Assembly: GCA_046482855.1 (NCBI GenBank)
Contig: JAWOEH010000061.1
Location: 8,687-72,686 of the forward strand
Reading direction: 5' to 3'
Origin: Bacteroidales bacterium
Lineage (GTDB): Bacteria > Bacteroidota > Bacteroidia > Bacteroidales > UBA12077
DNA: 64,000 nucleotides
Made by a program: the position numbers and the translations under genes. Shown piece by piece: positions 11,966 to 22,050 of this stretch (positions within the stretch are counted from its first letter, which is position 1; each line of letters starts with the position of its first letter). Below the pieces are notes generated by a model, which was given only the letters and a program-made list of their open reading frames with translations, was not told the origin of the DNA and ran no database searches.

Positions 11966-12922
11966 ATGGCTGAAAAAGTTATTGATATATTGACTGGCTC
12001 TAAGAAGAGCCTGTTTACCTTTGAGCTCTTGCCACCCCTTAAAGGACATACTATTGAGGAAATTTACTCCGCCATTGATCCTTTGATGGCGTATGAACCC
12101 GCTTACATCAATGTCACCTATCATCAGCAGGAAACTGAATATCATGAGCGTCCTGACGGATTGCTGGAGCGACGAATCGTCCGAAAGCGACCGGGAACCG
12201 TGGCGCTTGCCGCAGCTATTAAATACCGCTACCAAACCCCGGTGGTGCCGCATCTGATTTGCGGGGGCTTTACCCGGGAAGAGACCGAAGATGCCCTTAT
12301 CGATTTGCATTTTTTAGGCATACGGAATGTATTGGTTTTGCGTGGCGACCCGCATAAAGGTGTGCGACGTTTTACACCCGAACCAGGCGGTCATGCTCAC
12401 GCGGCTGAATTGGTTAATCAAGTAAAAAAAATGAATAACGGAGGTTATCTGCATGACTTGGAAAATGCCTCGCCCACCGATTTTTGTATTGGTGTTGCGG
12501 GTTACCCCGAGAAACATATGGAGGCTGCCAATATGAAACTCGATTTGGCCTACCTAAAGCAAAAAGTGGATAAGGGAGCTGATTATATCGTGACGCAGAT
12601 GTTTTTTGATAATGCACGTTTTTTCTCTTTTGTGGAGGCTTGTCGGCAAATGGGAATCAAAGTGCCGATATTGCCTGGCATAAAGCCTATATCTGCATTG
12701 TCGGATCTTCGGTTATTGCCTCAAACCTTTGCTGTGGATCTTCCCGAAGCCTTAGTAAAAGAGATACAAAAATGTAAAACCACTAAGCAAGTACGACAGG
12801 TTGGTGTGGAGTGGTCCATAATGCAGTCGAAAGAGCTGGTGGCATCAGGCGTGCCAGGTGTACATTACTATTCATTGGGACAGTCGGACAATATTCAGCA
12901 GATAGCAAGTGCTGTATTTTAA
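11966..12922 (+). CDS. metF: Methylenetetrahydrofolate reductase
   Basis: 318 aa. FELLPP, LRGDP and GADYIVTQMFFD are typical MetF motifs. It starts 3 nt after the metH stop. Confidence 0.94.
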   Translation: MAEKVIDILTGSKKSLFTFELLPPLKGHTIEEIYSAIDPLMAYEPAYINVTYHQQETEYHERPDGLLERRIVRKRPGTVALAAAIKYRYQTPVVPHLICGGFTREETEDALIDLHFLGIRNVLVLRGDPHKGVRRFTPEPGGHAHAAELVNQVKKMNNGGYLHDLENASPTDFCIGVAGYPEKHMEAANMKLDLAYLKQKVDKGADYIVTQMFFDNARFFSFVEACRQMGIKVPILPGIKPISALSDLRLLPQTFAVDLPEALVKEIQKCKTTKQVRQVGVEWSIMQSKELVASGVPGVHYYSLGQSDNIQQIASAVF

Positions 12923-13035
12923 CTTCAATGATTGATGAATAAGTTCGTTTAAAGGTTTTGGGGAAAGAGAAAGAGGAGGATGAAAATTTCAGTTCGATAG
13001 GTCTCTTTTGATGCATTTTATTTCCATTAATTCAA

Positions 13036-13043
13036 TATCTTTG
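13036..13043 (+). promoter_or_regulatory. Candidate -7 promoter box (TAnnTTTG) for lepA
   Basis: TATCTTTG lies 22 nt upstream of the lepA ATG. No well-spaced -33 TTTG was found. Confidence 0.4.
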
Positions 13044-13065
13044 CAGATCTGAGAAATATTGAATT

Positions 13066-14862
13066 ATGGAGTACATGGAGCATATCAGGAATTTTAGCAT
13101 TATTGCCCACATTGACCATGGCAAGAGCACTTTGGCCGATCGATTGTTGCAATTTACCAAATCGGTCGACGACAGAGAGTACCAGGATCAGATGCTGGAC
13201 GATATGGATTTGGAAAGAGAGCGGGGCATTACCATAAAAAGCCATGCCATACAAATGCTGCATGCCCACAAGGGGAAAGATTATGTGTTGAACTTGATTG
13301 ATACCCCGGGCCACGTGGATTTCTCCTATGAGGTATCGCGTTCAATAAAAGCCTGTGAAGGAGCCTTGTTGTTGGTAGATGCTACACAGGGCGTACAGGC
13401 GCAGACCATTTCCAATGTTTTTCTGGCCCTGGAGCACGATTTGGAAATTATTCCGGTATTGAATAAGATTGATCTGGATGCTGCTATGCCCGAAGAGGTA
13501 TCAGACCAAATTGTTGAGCTTATTGGGTGCGAGCACAAAGATATATTAGCTGCCAGCGGAAAAACCGGAGAAGGCGTAGAAGAGATATTGGCTCGCATTA
13601 TAGAGACGGTTCCACCTCCCAAAGGCGACCCAAAAGCTCCGTTGCAAGCGTTGATTTTTGATTCGGTGTATAATAATTACCGGGGCATAGAAGCATATTT
13701 TAAAATTTTTAATGGCACACTGAGAAAAGGCGATAAGGTAAAGTTTGTTAATACAGGCAAAGCATACGACGCCGACGAAATTGGCGTGCTAAAGTTGAGT
13801 CAGGAATCCCGAAAACAACTTTCGGCAGGGGATGTGGGGTATATTATCTCTGGTATTAAAACTTCGGCCGAGGTGAAAGTAGGCGATACCATTACCCATG
13901 TGGAACGACCCTGCGAAAAGGCTATCCCTGGTTATGAAGAGGTTAAACCCATGGTGTTTGCCGGTGTTTATCCTGTTGATGCCGATGATTATGAGGATTT
14001 GCGCGCCTCCATGGAGAAGTTGCAGCTAAATGATGCCTCCCTTACGTTTGAACCGGAGTCGTCAGCGGCACTGGGCTTTGGTTTCCGTTGCGGATTTTTG
14101 GGGCTATTGCATATGGAGATTATTCAGGAGCGCTTGGATCGTGAGTTTGATATGGACGTAATTACTACGGTTCCCAATGTGTCGTATAAAGTGTATACAA
14201 AGCAGAAGGAGTTGGTTGAAGTCCACAACCCTTCGGGACTACCCGATGTTACGCACATCGACCATATTGAGGAGCCCTACATTCATGCACAAATCATTTC
14301 GAAGAGTGACTTTATCGGACCTATTATGAAGCTGTGTCTCGATAAGCGGGGAACCATGAAAAATCAGCTCTATTTGCCTAATAATCGTGTTGAGGTTACT
14401 TTTGACATGCCTTTGGCTGAGATTGTGTTCGATTTTTACGATAAATTGAAAAGCATCTCAAAAGGCTATGCTTCGTTTGACTATTATCAAACCAACTATA
14501 AATCCGCAAAGCTTATCCGTTTGGATATCCTGCTTAATGGCGAGATGGTGGATGCACTGTCTACGCTTATTCATGTGGATCATGCCCACTCTTTTGGCCG
14601 CCGTATATGCGAAAAATTGAAAGAGTTAATTCCACGTCAACAATTTGATATTGCCATACAGGCCGCCATAGGTGCAAAAATTGTGGCTCGTGAAACAGTT
14701 AAGGCTGTACGTAAGGATGTTACAGCTAAATGTTACGGGGGCGATATTACCCGTAAACGAAAGCTGTTGGAAAAGCAGAAAAAGGGGAAGAAACGTATGC
14801 GTCAGGTAGGGAATGTGGAAGTACCGCAAACCGCCTTTCTGGCAGTATTAAAATTAGATTAG
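13066..14862 (+). CDS. lepA: Translation elongation factor 4 (LepA)
   Basis: 598 aa. It has the GTPase G1 motif AHIDHGKST and DTPGHVDF, and the LepA-specific C-terminal domain ending [25 protein letters not shown]. Confidence 0.97.
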   Translation: MEYMEHIRNFSIIAHIDHGKSTLADRLLQFTKSVDDREYQDQMLDDMDLERERGITIKSHAIQMLHAHKGKDYVLNLIDTPGHVDFSYEVSRSIKACEGALLLVDATQGVQAQTISNVFLALEHDLEIIPVLNKIDLDAAMPEEVSDQIVELIGCEHKDILAASGKTGEGVEEILARIIETVPPPKGDPKAPLQALIFDSVYNNYRGIEAYFKIFNGTLRKGDKVKFVNTGKAYDADEIGVLKLSQESRKQLSAGDVGYIISGIKTSAEVKVGDTITHVERPCEKAIPGYEEVKPMVFAGVYPVDADDYEDLRASMEKLQLNDASLTFEPESSAALGFGFRCGFLGLLHMEIIQERLDREFDMDVITTVPNVSYKVYTKQKELVEVHNPSGLPDVTHIDHIEEPYIHAQIISKSDFIGPIMKLCLDKRGTMKNQLYLPNNRVEVTFDMPLAEIVFDFYDKLKSISKGYASFDYYQTNYKSAKLIRLDILLNGEMVDALSTLIHVDHAHSFGRRICEKLKELIPRQQFDIAIQAAIGAKIVARETVKAVRKDVTAKCYGGDITRKRKLLEKQKKGKKRMRQVGNVEVPQTAFLAVLKLD

Positions 14863-14880
14863 AAAAATACCTTCGATATT

Positions 14881-14915
14881 ACAACAAACCCCGGCATTTT
14901 GCCGGGGTTTGTTGT
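14881..14915. terminator. Bidirectional terminator between convergent lepA and the M3 peptidase gene
   Basis: A perfect 15-bp stem: ACAACAAACCCCGGC (14881-14895) with GCCGGGGTTTGTTGT (14901-14915), loop ATTTT. Confidence 0.8.
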
Positions 14916-14932
14916 TTGGCATAACCGGGTTT

Positions 14933-16942
14933 TCATAAACCAATTGAAGTCATAAAGGCTTTTGTCTCGGGGCTACGGCCCAGAAATTGTTCTACAATGT
15001 CCTGTTCCTCTATCGAAGAGCCTTTTGCCAGCACTTCGCGGCGGAGTTTTTGTCCGGCACGGGTCGAGAGCAACCCCTCTTTTTTTAGCTCCTGAAACAT
15101 ATCCTCGGCATATACTTTTGCCCATAAATATCCGTAGTAGCCGGCAGCATACCCCACAAGGTGTCCAAAACCGGCCTCGAAATGCGTACCCTCCTGGAAC
15201 GGATAGAGCGTAATTTCCTCCTGTAATTGTTTAACTACTTCGTGAACCGGCTTGTCCTTGATTTGTGGATAGTTGTCGTGTAACGTCATATCGAGGGTTC
15301 CATAGAAAATTTGCTGTAAGGTTTGCAGACCTGAATCGATGTTGCGTGCTTCCAATACCTTGTTGAATAGTTGTTCGGGCAATACCTCGCCTGTTTGGTA
15401 ATGTTTTGCAAACAGGGCAACACTCTCGTATTCCCACGCCCAGTTTTCGAATATTTGCGAAGGCATCTCCACAAAGTCGCGCGCTACATTTGTGCCCGCC
15501 TGCATAGCCAGTGGAGCTTCGGTGAGCAAATCGTGCATCAGGTGCCCAAACTCGTGAAAGAGGGTTACTACATCGGTGTGTTGTAATAACGAGGGTTTTG
15601 TTTTGGTAGGTGAGGGAAAGTTGCAAACCAATGCTGCCGAGGGCTTTTGATAGCCCGTAGCCGTAGATCTTCCCGGAACCAATGTGAAGCAAGCCGCATG
15701 ATTGTACTTTCCTTTACGAGGAAACAAATCCAGGTAAAAACGGGCTTTTATCTCATCCTGTTCATGGATCTCCCAGGCCTCCACAGAATCTTCCCAAACC
15801 GGCTGATTCTTGGCAGGCTTAAAGTGTACACCGTAAAGTTTTGCAGCTATGTGGAACAGCCCCTCTTTTACCCGGTTTAACGGAAAGTAAGTCTTCAGCT
15901 CCTCCTGGTTGATGTGGTATTGGGTTTTGCGCAACTGAGTGGTGTAATAAGCCGCCTGCCAGCTCTCAATTACTTCAGGAGCTGAGGGCATATCGGCTTT
16001 TTTTATCTTTAGCAGGTTTTGGTAATCGACTTTTGCCTTTTCCTTAACATCTTCTTTGAGCTTATTTTCAAAGTCCCATACTTGTTTTGGTGTTTTTGCC
16101 ATGCGGTCGGTAAGCTGATATTCTGCAAACGATCGGAATCCAAGTCGTTTTGCCAGCGCTTCGCGTTTCTCCAGTATGGTCTTTAGCAACGTGCGGTTTT
16201 TATCGGCTGCAATGTTCTTGAATGAGGCTTGCAAGCGTCGGCGTGCATTGTCATTTACCGCGTTTTTCATAAAAGGAAAGTAAGAGGGGTAGGATAAAGG
16301 AATCTTGTAGGTGCCTTTATCGGTTTTATGTTGTTCTTTAAAATCCTCGGGCAGGCCTTCCATCTCTTCTTTGGTAAGCTCCAGCGACTCGTCGTGCGCA
16401 CCGATGTTGGCCGTGAACTGTACCCCCAGCTCCGATAATTGGTTCATTAGGTTACGTACTTCCAGTTGCTTTTCCTCCGGCAGATTCAATCCGTTCTTTT
16501 CGAAGTGCTGCAGGATCTCTTTAATAAATTTGTCTTCGTAAACTTTTCTTTCGGTTTCAGGAAAGTGTTTGTTAAGATCCTGAAATCGCTTATAAAGATT
16601 CTTATCCAGGAAAATCTCATTAAAAAACTGACCCAAAAGAGCAGCTTCTTGCTGTCCCTCTTTTTGCAGCATTTCGTTTGGATGTGTGTAGGCCATTAGC
16701 GATACGGCTGAACTAACTGCAATTGCCTCGCTCATTTGCTCGTCAAAAGGGTAGAGCGTATTTTTAGCAGTTGGGGAGGTGGGGTTTTCGGTAATTTCTT
16801 GTATGGTTCTTTTTACCTGCTCTCTTGTTTTTGTGGCAAGGGAGGTTAAATCGCCCTCTTTATAAGAGTCAAAAGGGATGATGGTATCGTTGTCTGTAAT
16901 AAAAATATGCATGGTATAATAATTTTTTTCATTCATCTGCAA
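14933..16942 (-). CDS. M3-family zinc metallopeptidase (oligopeptidase A / Dcp / thimet-like)
   Basis: 669 aa with the HEFGH zinc motif in TLFHEFGHLMHDLL and M3-family similarity along the whole length. Confidence 0.9.
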   Translation of the reverse strand: MQMNEKNYYTMHIFITDNDTIIPFDSYKEGDLTSLATKTREQVKRTIQEITENPTSPTAKNTLYPFDEQMSEAIAVSSAVSLMAYTHPNEMLQKEGQQEAALLGQFFNEIFLDKNLYKRFQDLNKHFPETERKVYEDKFIKEILQHFEKNGLNLPEEKQLEVRNLMNQLSELGVQFTANIGAHDESLELTKEEMEGLPEDFKEQHKTDKGTYKIPLSYPSYFPFMKNAVNDNARRRLQASFKNIAADKNRTLLKTILEKREALAKRLGFRSFAEYQLTDRMAKTPKQVWDFENKLKEDVKEKAKVDYQNLLKIKKADMPSAPEVIESWQAAYYTTQLRKTQYHINQEELKTYFPLNRVKEGLFHIAAKLYGVHFKPAKNQPVWEDSVEAWEIHEQDEIKARFYLDLFPRKGKYNHAACFTLVPGRSTATGYQKPSAALVCNFPSPTKTKPSLLQHTDVVTLFHEFGHLMHDLLTEAPLAMQAGTNVARDFVEMPSQIFENWAWEYESVALFAKHYQTGEVLPEQLFNKVLEARNIDSGLQTLQQIFYGTLDMTLHDNYPQIKDKPVHEVVKQLQEEITLYPFQEGTHFEAGFGHLVGYAAGYYGYLWAKVYAEDMFQELKKEGLLSTRAGQKLRREVLAKGSSIEEQDIVEQFLGRSPETKAFMTSIGL

Positions 16943-17180
16943 AAGTAATAGTTCTTACTATAGTCAGTACTGTTTTAACCCTTTTGGAAAGATTTTGTTT
17001 TACGTATCGATTGTTCCTGAAAAGCGGAATAGCATCTGTTCCCCCAGTAAGAGATGAGAAAAAATATGAGGCAAAGAATTATAGAAAGCAGAAAATTTGT
17101 TATTTTGTGAAATAAGTTCATGTTTGGAGGGAACTTTCATAGTCAAGAACCTCCTGAAAAATTTTACAATAGTATTCAAG

Positions 17181-17963
17181 ATGAATGAATGGCTGGCACG
17201 ATTACAGCGTTTTTACCGACTCTGGCACCTCGGGTATTTGCAAGACCAAAGAGGAATTATTCACCGTTACGAAAGAGAAAAGAAAAATTGGGATATGCAT
17301 ATCGAAAAATGCAAGTCCTTTATACTTCGCTGTGCCGACTCAAAGCAGAAAGGACATGCTGTGGTACTGGGCAGTGGTTGGCTATTGGATGTGCCTCTAA
17401 AGGAGCTTTCCCAAGAGTTTGAAAAGGTCACATTGGTTGATATTTTCCATCCCGCGGAGGCGAAACGAAAAATCGCACAATATGCAAATGTACAGTATAT
17501 TGAAGAAGATATTACCGGAGGTATGATAGAAGCCGTAGCAGGTTTGGAAGTGTCTGCCAAAAAGAAGCCTGCTCTTTTAAGTGTGTTACAGCCTTATTCC
17601 TATGAACTACCCGCTGATGCCGATTACGTGGTTTCGTTAAATGTTCTCAATCAATTGGACATGCTATTGATTGAGTATTTGGAGAAGTATATGAAATTGC
17701 CCCCCGGGCAAAAGATGCGACTTTCGGAATTTATTCAGAAACGCCATATTGAAATATTACCCAGGGACAAATCCTGCCTTATTAGCGACGTGGAGGAGGA
17801 GCTGCTCGATGAAGACAATAAGCTTGCAGGCACTCACCCGCTGGTATATGCCAGCCTTCCGGAGGGCAAACGTACGGCTCAATGGAAATGGGTGTTCGAT
17901 ACCCAGTATATGTATAATTCTCATTTTAAGACCACTTTCCAGGTAAAAGCAGTTGAATTTTAA
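17181..17963 (+). CDS. Hypothetical protein with a Rossmann / class-I methyltransferase-like motif pattern
   Basis: I start it at the ATG at 17181 (MNEWLARLQ...) rather than the TTG at 17097. The order VVLGSGWLLDVP, then LVDIFHP, EEDITGG and DYVVSLNVLNQL resembles SAM-MTase motifs I-IV. I recognise no named family. Confidence 0.6.
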   Translation: MNEWLARLQRFYRLWHLGYLQDQRGIIHRYEREKKNWDMHIEKCKSFILRCADSKQKGHAVVLGSGWLLDVPLKELSQEFEKVTLVDIFHPAEAKRKIAQYANVQYIEEDITGGMIEAVAGLEVSAKKKPALLSVLQPYSYELPADADYVVSLNVLNQLDMLLIEYLEKYMKLPPGQKMRLSEFIQKRHIEILPRDKSCLISDVEEELLDEDNKLAGTHPLVYASLPEGKRTAQWKWVFDTQYMYNSHFKTTFQVKAVEF

Positions 17964-18029
17964 CCTTTCGATTTTCTGGTGCCTGCAGAATTTGTTGTTT
18001 ATTTGTCCTGTGATTGAAAAAAGAATCTT

Positions 18030-18905
18030 ATGAAACTAACAAATCCTGTTAAAAAAGTTGCTGCAATCCATGATCTATCAGGTTTTGGACGGGCCTCATT
18101 AACGGTAGTAATTCCCATCTTATCACGGATGGGTATTCAAGTGTGTCCTTTGCCTACGGCTGTGCTCTCTACGCATAGCAAGTTTAAGGATTTCCATTTT
18201 GTCGATCTTACCGAGGAGTTACAACCCATGATTGACCACTGGAAAGGACTAGATTTGCAGTTTGATGCTATTTATTCCGGTTTTTTGGGATCTCACAAGC
18301 AAATTGAGATCGTTAAACAGTTTATTCACGATTTTCGAAACGAGGATCAAAAGGTCATTGTGGATCCTGTTTTTGGGGATAACGGTAAGATCTACGGACC
18401 TTTGAGTAAGGTACATGTAGAGGAGATGAAATCCTTAATAGAGCATGCCGATATTATTACACCCAACCTTACCGAAGCTGCTTTTTTGCTGGATGAGCAG
18501 TTTCCCGAACATATTGAACAGGAAGAGATAAAGGAGTGGATCCGTCGATTGTCCGCTAAGGGTCCCAAAGTAGTTATTGTTACCAGTGTACATATGAACA
18601 GCCACAAAGGGCAAACTGCTGTTGTGGCCTATAACCGTCACGACGATAGGTTTTGGCGTGTTGCCTGTAATTATCTGCCGGCCGAATATCCTGGAACCGG
18701 CGATGCTTTTGCCAGTGTTATTACCGGAGCCCTGTTGCAGGGCGACAGCCTCCCCATTGCCATCGACCGGGCTGTGCAATTTACCAGTATGGGCGTACGG
18801 GCTACGTTTGGCTATGAATACAACAGCGTGGAGGGAATTATGCTTGAGCGTGTTCTCAATCAGTTAGATGCCCCGCCACAATCGATGAGCTATGAACTTA
18901 TTTAA
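18030..18905 (+). CDS. pdxK: Pyridoxal/pyridoxine/pyridoxamine kinase
   Basis: 291 aa ribokinase-fold PdxK/PdxY-type sequence (AIHDLSGFGRASL, YSGFLGS, DPVFGDNG, GTGDAFASVI). Confidence 0.88.
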   Translation: MKLTNPVKKVAAIHDLSGFGRASLTVVIPILSRMGIQVCPLPTAVLSTHSKFKDFHFVDLTEELQPMIDHWKGLDLQFDAIYSGFLGSHKQIEIVKQFIHDFRNEDQKVIVDPVFGDNGKIYGPLSKVHVEEMKSLIEHADIITPNLTEAAFLLDEQFPEHIEQEEIKEWIRRLSAKGPKVVIVTSVHMNSHKGQTAVVAYNRHDDRFWRVACNYLPAEYPGTGDAFASVITGALLQGDSLPIAIDRAVQFTSMGVRATFGYEYNSVEGIMLERVLNQLDAPPQSMSYELI

Positions 18906-18934
18906 ATGTCAGGAGTTGTGTTAGTAAAGATAAA

Positions 18935-19759
18935 ATGATGCGTGTGGTAGTAACCGATTTGGACGGAACATTATTGCGGGATGATAAAACAGTAAGTGAC
19001 CAGGATTTGGCTACGCTTGAAAACCTTGGTCGTCAAGGGGTCATTCGGGCGGCTGCCACCGGGCGCAATTTGCTGTCGGCGCAACACGTTTTGAGTGAGG
19101 ATTTCCCCATTGATTACCTGATATTTAGTTCCGGAGCCGGAGTTATGGACTGGAAGCGTCGACACCTATTGGCTTCGCACTTTTTGCCCAAGGAGTACGT
19201 TGAACGCATCGCTCGATTGTTGATTCAGTACAACATCGATTTTATGATTCATGAGATCATTCCGGATAATCATCGGTTTGTCTATTACAAAAGCAACCAT
19301 CCACTCCCCGATTTTTTTCGCCGTAAAGCCATATACAAAGCTTATGCCCGTCCGCTTAATCTTCAAGGTCATTATGAGCATGCTTGTCAGTTGGTTGCCA
19401 TTTTTCCCAATGAGCTCGACTTTTTTATGGAGATAAAACACAAACTCCATGGTGTAAAGGTTATCCGGGCTACCAGTCCCTTGGATGGGACTAGCATTTG
19501 GATGGAGATATTTCCACAGCACGTTTCTAAAGCCGGAGGGGTACAAATGCTATGCGATCGATACAAATTTGTTGCTGAGGATGTGGTTTGTATCGGGAAC
19601 GATTATAATGACATTGATATGTTAGAGTGGTGTCCTAATAGTTATGTTGTGGCAAATGCGCCACGCGATTTGCGGCAACGTTTTCAGGTGTGTGCCAGCA
19701 ATCAGTTAAGTGGAGTGAGCGATGCAGTGAATCAGCATCAGCAATTCACCGCATCGTAA
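18935..19759 (+). CDS. Cof-type HAD-IIB family phosphatase
   Basis: 274 aa with HAD motif I VVTDLDGTLL, motif III/IV GNDYNDIDML, and a Cof-like cap region. Confidence 0.85.
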   Translation: MMRVVVTDLDGTLLRDDKTVSDQDLATLENLGRQGVIRAAATGRNLLSAQHVLSEDFPIDYLIFSSGAGVMDWKRRHLLASHFLPKEYVERIARLLIQYNIDFMIHEIIPDNHRFVYYKSNHPLPDFFRRKAIYKAYARPLNLQGHYEHACQLVAIFPNELDFFMEIKHKLHGVKVIRATSPLDGTSIWMEIFPQHVSKAGGVQMLCDRYKFVAEDVVCIGNDYNDIDMLEWCPNSYVVANAPRDLRQRFQVCASNQLSGVSDAVNQHQQFTAS

Positions 19760-19767
19760 TTTTCTGC

Positions 19768-20256
19768 TTATTCTTCCTGGTTCTCAAAGAAAGCTTCCTG
19801 CCCGGGGTAGTATAAATCCCGTTTGGCTAGCTCTTGTGGAAACAGAAAGTAGCGAATCTTTCCTTCGGAACATAGCTCATTTTTGTGGTTAAAAATTTGT
19901 GTCTCGATGGTGGCTATTCTCCGGTTTTTTTCTGTAAGCTTTGCCTTAACCAGTATGGGGCCTTTGTTGGTATATACTTTGTTTTTGTAACGTACGGTAA
20001 GATCTGCCGTCATTCCCGATGTGCCGGTTTGGGTGTAAACCACCCAGGAGGCAATTTCGTCCATAATGGTGGACTGGATTCCGCCGTGAAGAATGTTTCC
20101 ATAGCCTTGATAGTAATCCATGGGATTCCATTGGGAGATAATGAATTCACCATCCTGTTGGAATTTCATCTTTAAACCCACCGGGTTATCCGGGCTACAG
20201 CCGAAACAGTTATAGCCGGGTCTGTGACGAAAGGGATTTTGCAGGTTTTTTTTCAT
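19768..20256 (-). CDS. PaaI-family hotdog-fold thioesterase
   Basis: 162 aa. The N-terminal NCFGCSPDNPVGLKMKF and the LHGGIQSTIMDE segment are typical of PaaI/YbgC-like hotdog proteins. Confidence 0.8.
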   Translation of the reverse strand: MKKNLQNPFRHRPGYNCFGCSPDNPVGLKMKFQQDGEFIISQWNPMDYYQGYGNILHGGIQSTIMDEIASWVVYTQTGTSGMTADLTVRYKNKVYTNKGPILVKAKLTEKNRRIATIETQIFNHKNELCSEGKIRYFLFPQELAKRDLYYPGQEAFFENQEE

Positions 20257-20268
20257 GCTCCAATTGGG

Positions 20269-20745
20269 TTAATATTCAAATTGACGGCCGGTAATGGCAG
20301 CAACGGGAATTTTGATAACCATGATGTTGTCCACTGCTGGTTTTGAATACTTGAATTCTTTGTCGGAATAGTTTTTCATCATAATACTTAATCCCTTCAT
20401 TTTCTCCTCTTCGTCTTCAAGAAGAATTGCCTGGCCATGAATCTGAACACTTCGGTAAGCCATTCGCCATGAACAGGCCACCTGTTCGTGACGTGCAAAA
20501 AGTTTTTGATCAGCGTTAAAGGCTATACATACATTGTTGTTACGCTTCAATACCTCCAGTTTTTTGCCCTCTTTTGCGCAATGGAGCCATACGGTTTGAT
20601 CTTCATACCCAAAATTGAATGCCAACACATAGGGCTCATCGCCGTCAACCATGCCTACATGGCAGATGTCGCATCGCTTGATGATCTCTTCAAGTTCATT
20701 CAAATCAACGATATCCTGTATCGCTTTGTCTCGTACTGTTGCCAT
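20269..20745 (-). CDS. Pyridoxamine 5'-phosphate oxidase-family (FMN-binding split-barrel) protein
   Basis: I start it at the ATG at 20745 (MATVRDKAIQ...), which avoids overlap with the upstream gene. The ORF-track start at 20811 is less likely. The sequence is Pyridox_ox_2-like (CHVGMVDGDEPYVLAFNF...WLHCAKEGKK). Confidence 0.8.
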   Translation of the reverse strand: MATVRDKAIQDIVDLNELEEIIKRCDICHVGMVDGDEPYVLAFNFGYEDQTVWLHCAKEGKKLEVLKRNNNVCIAFNADQKLFARHEQVACSWRMAYRSVQIHGQAILLEDEEEKMKGLSIMMKNYSDKEFKYSKPAVDNIMVIKIPVAAITGRQFEY

Positions 20746-20800
20746 AGTTTTTTGTTTTAAAAATACAAAATTGTGCAGGTCGAAACCCTTTGCAGGAGCA

Positions 20801-21352
20801 TTACTTTTCAACAGTTTCGGTAATCACCCGATCCATAGGAATATCGTAGGCATCTGTTGGAACTTCCGCTATGAGTTGCACATCGAAGCATACGCCCACT
20901 TTTAGTGCGTGTGTTGATTTCAGGAGTTTATCGTAGTAAGCTTTTCCTCGTCCAAGGCGATTTAGGTAAGGATCAAAAGCTACGCCGGGGACAATGATCA
21001 AATCAATGCTACTGGGATCGGGCTCAATCGGTCCCGTAGGTTCATAAATACCAAATACAGGCTCCGGCTTCATATCCTGCATGCCCGTAAAGGAACGCAG
21101 TTCCAATACATCCCCTTTTACCACAGGCAGAATCATTGATTTATCTTTGGCCCATCGTTTAACAAAATCGTGAGTAGCTACTTCGTCGGGCAACGACCAA
21201 TAGGCCATGATTTTTCTGGCCTTTTGAAAAGCTTCCATTTGCTCAACTTTTTGGAAAATAGCTGTCGAACGAGCTTTTTTTTCCTGTTGTGAAAGCTGCT
21301 TTTTCGCCTCTTTTATTTGCTGGCGTATAACTTTTTTTTGTTTGTTAATCAT
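20801..21352 (-). CDS. 5-formyltetrahydrofolate cyclo-ligase
   Basis: 183 aa with the signature VPGVAFDPYLNRLGRGKAYYDK. Confidence 0.9.
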   Translation of the reverse strand: MINKQKKVIRQQIKEAKKQLSQQEKKARSTAIFQKVEQMEAFQKARKIMAYWSLPDEVATHDFVKRWAKDKSMILPVVKGDVLELRSFTGMQDMKPEPVFGIYEPTGPIEPDPSSIDLIIVPGVAFDPYLNRLGRGKAYYDKLLKSTHALKVGVCFDVQLIAEVPTDAYDIPMDRVITETVEK

Positions 21353-21354
21353 GA

Positions 21355-22050
21355 CTATGAAACAATGAGCTTATACCCTTTTCCGTGAATATTTAAGATT
21401 TGTATAGAGGAGTCTGCCCTTAGGTATTTTCTTAGCTTTGTGATATATACATCCATGCTTCGCGCATTAAAATAGCTGTCCTCGGACCAGATTTGCTTCA
21501 GGGCGTAATTACGTTCCAATAAATCGTTTTTGTGCTCGCACAGGAGTTTTAGCAACTCATTTTCTTTCGTGGTAAGTTTCTGCTCAGTGCCATCGTAAAG
21601 GAGGATTTGCTTCTGCGCATCGAAAGTGAAATCACCAATTTCAAACATCCATTGTTCTTGCTCGGAGGATTTATTTCCGGTTCGGCGCAAAATGGCCTGC
21701 ATTCGGAATAACAATTCTTCCATACTGAAAGGTTTTGTCATGTAGTCATCGGCACCTAATGAAAAGCCTTCCAGAATGTCTTCCTTCATGGATTTGGCTG
21801 TTAAGAAAAGAAAGGGAACCGTAGTATTTTCTTTCCGGATGTTTTTGGCTAATGTAAACCCATCCATTTTGGGCATCATCACATCCAATATGCATAAATC
21901 ATATTTGTCCTTATCAAAGCCTTTAAGGGCTTCTTCGCCATCTTTGAATAATGCGGTCTCATAGCCCTTTGCAGTAAGGTATTCACGCAAGAGCATGCCC
22001 AGGTTTTCATCATCCTCGGCCAATAAAATCTTGGCTTTAGTTTCTTCCAT
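21355..22050 (-). CDS. OmpR-family response regulator (RprY-like)
   Basis: 231 aa. The receiver domain has DD...D...K residues (LLAEDDENL, ILDVMMPKMDG, LTAKS), followed by a winged-helix output domain. Confidence 0.93.
   Translation of the reverse strand: MEETKAKILLAEDDENLGMLLREYLTAKGYETALFKDGEEALKGFDKDKYDLCILDVMMPKMDGFTLAKNIRKENTTVPFLFLTAKSMKEDILEGFSLGADDYMTKPFSMEELLFRMQAILRRTGNKSSEQEQWMFEIGDFTFDAQKQILLYDGTEQKLTTKENELLKLLCEHKNDLLERNYALKQIWSEDSYFNARSMDVYITKLRKYLRADSSIQILNIHGKGYKLIVS

Noticed and set aside
15231-15692. 153-aa alternative-frame ORF within the M3 peptidase gene. Similar cases include 47531..48004 (antisense to aroA) and 9296..9685 (within metH).
   Set aside because: They are fully nested in well-supported conserved genes and have Arg/Ser/Gly-rich junk-like composition.
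16943-17180. Possible structured RNA (GGAGG...CCTCC hairpin around 17125-17160) in the 240-nt spacer upstream of the hypothetical gene.
   Set aside because: It is a single 5-bp stem with a long loop, overlapping the discarded TTG-initiated ORF extension. I have no covariation data and no known motif match.
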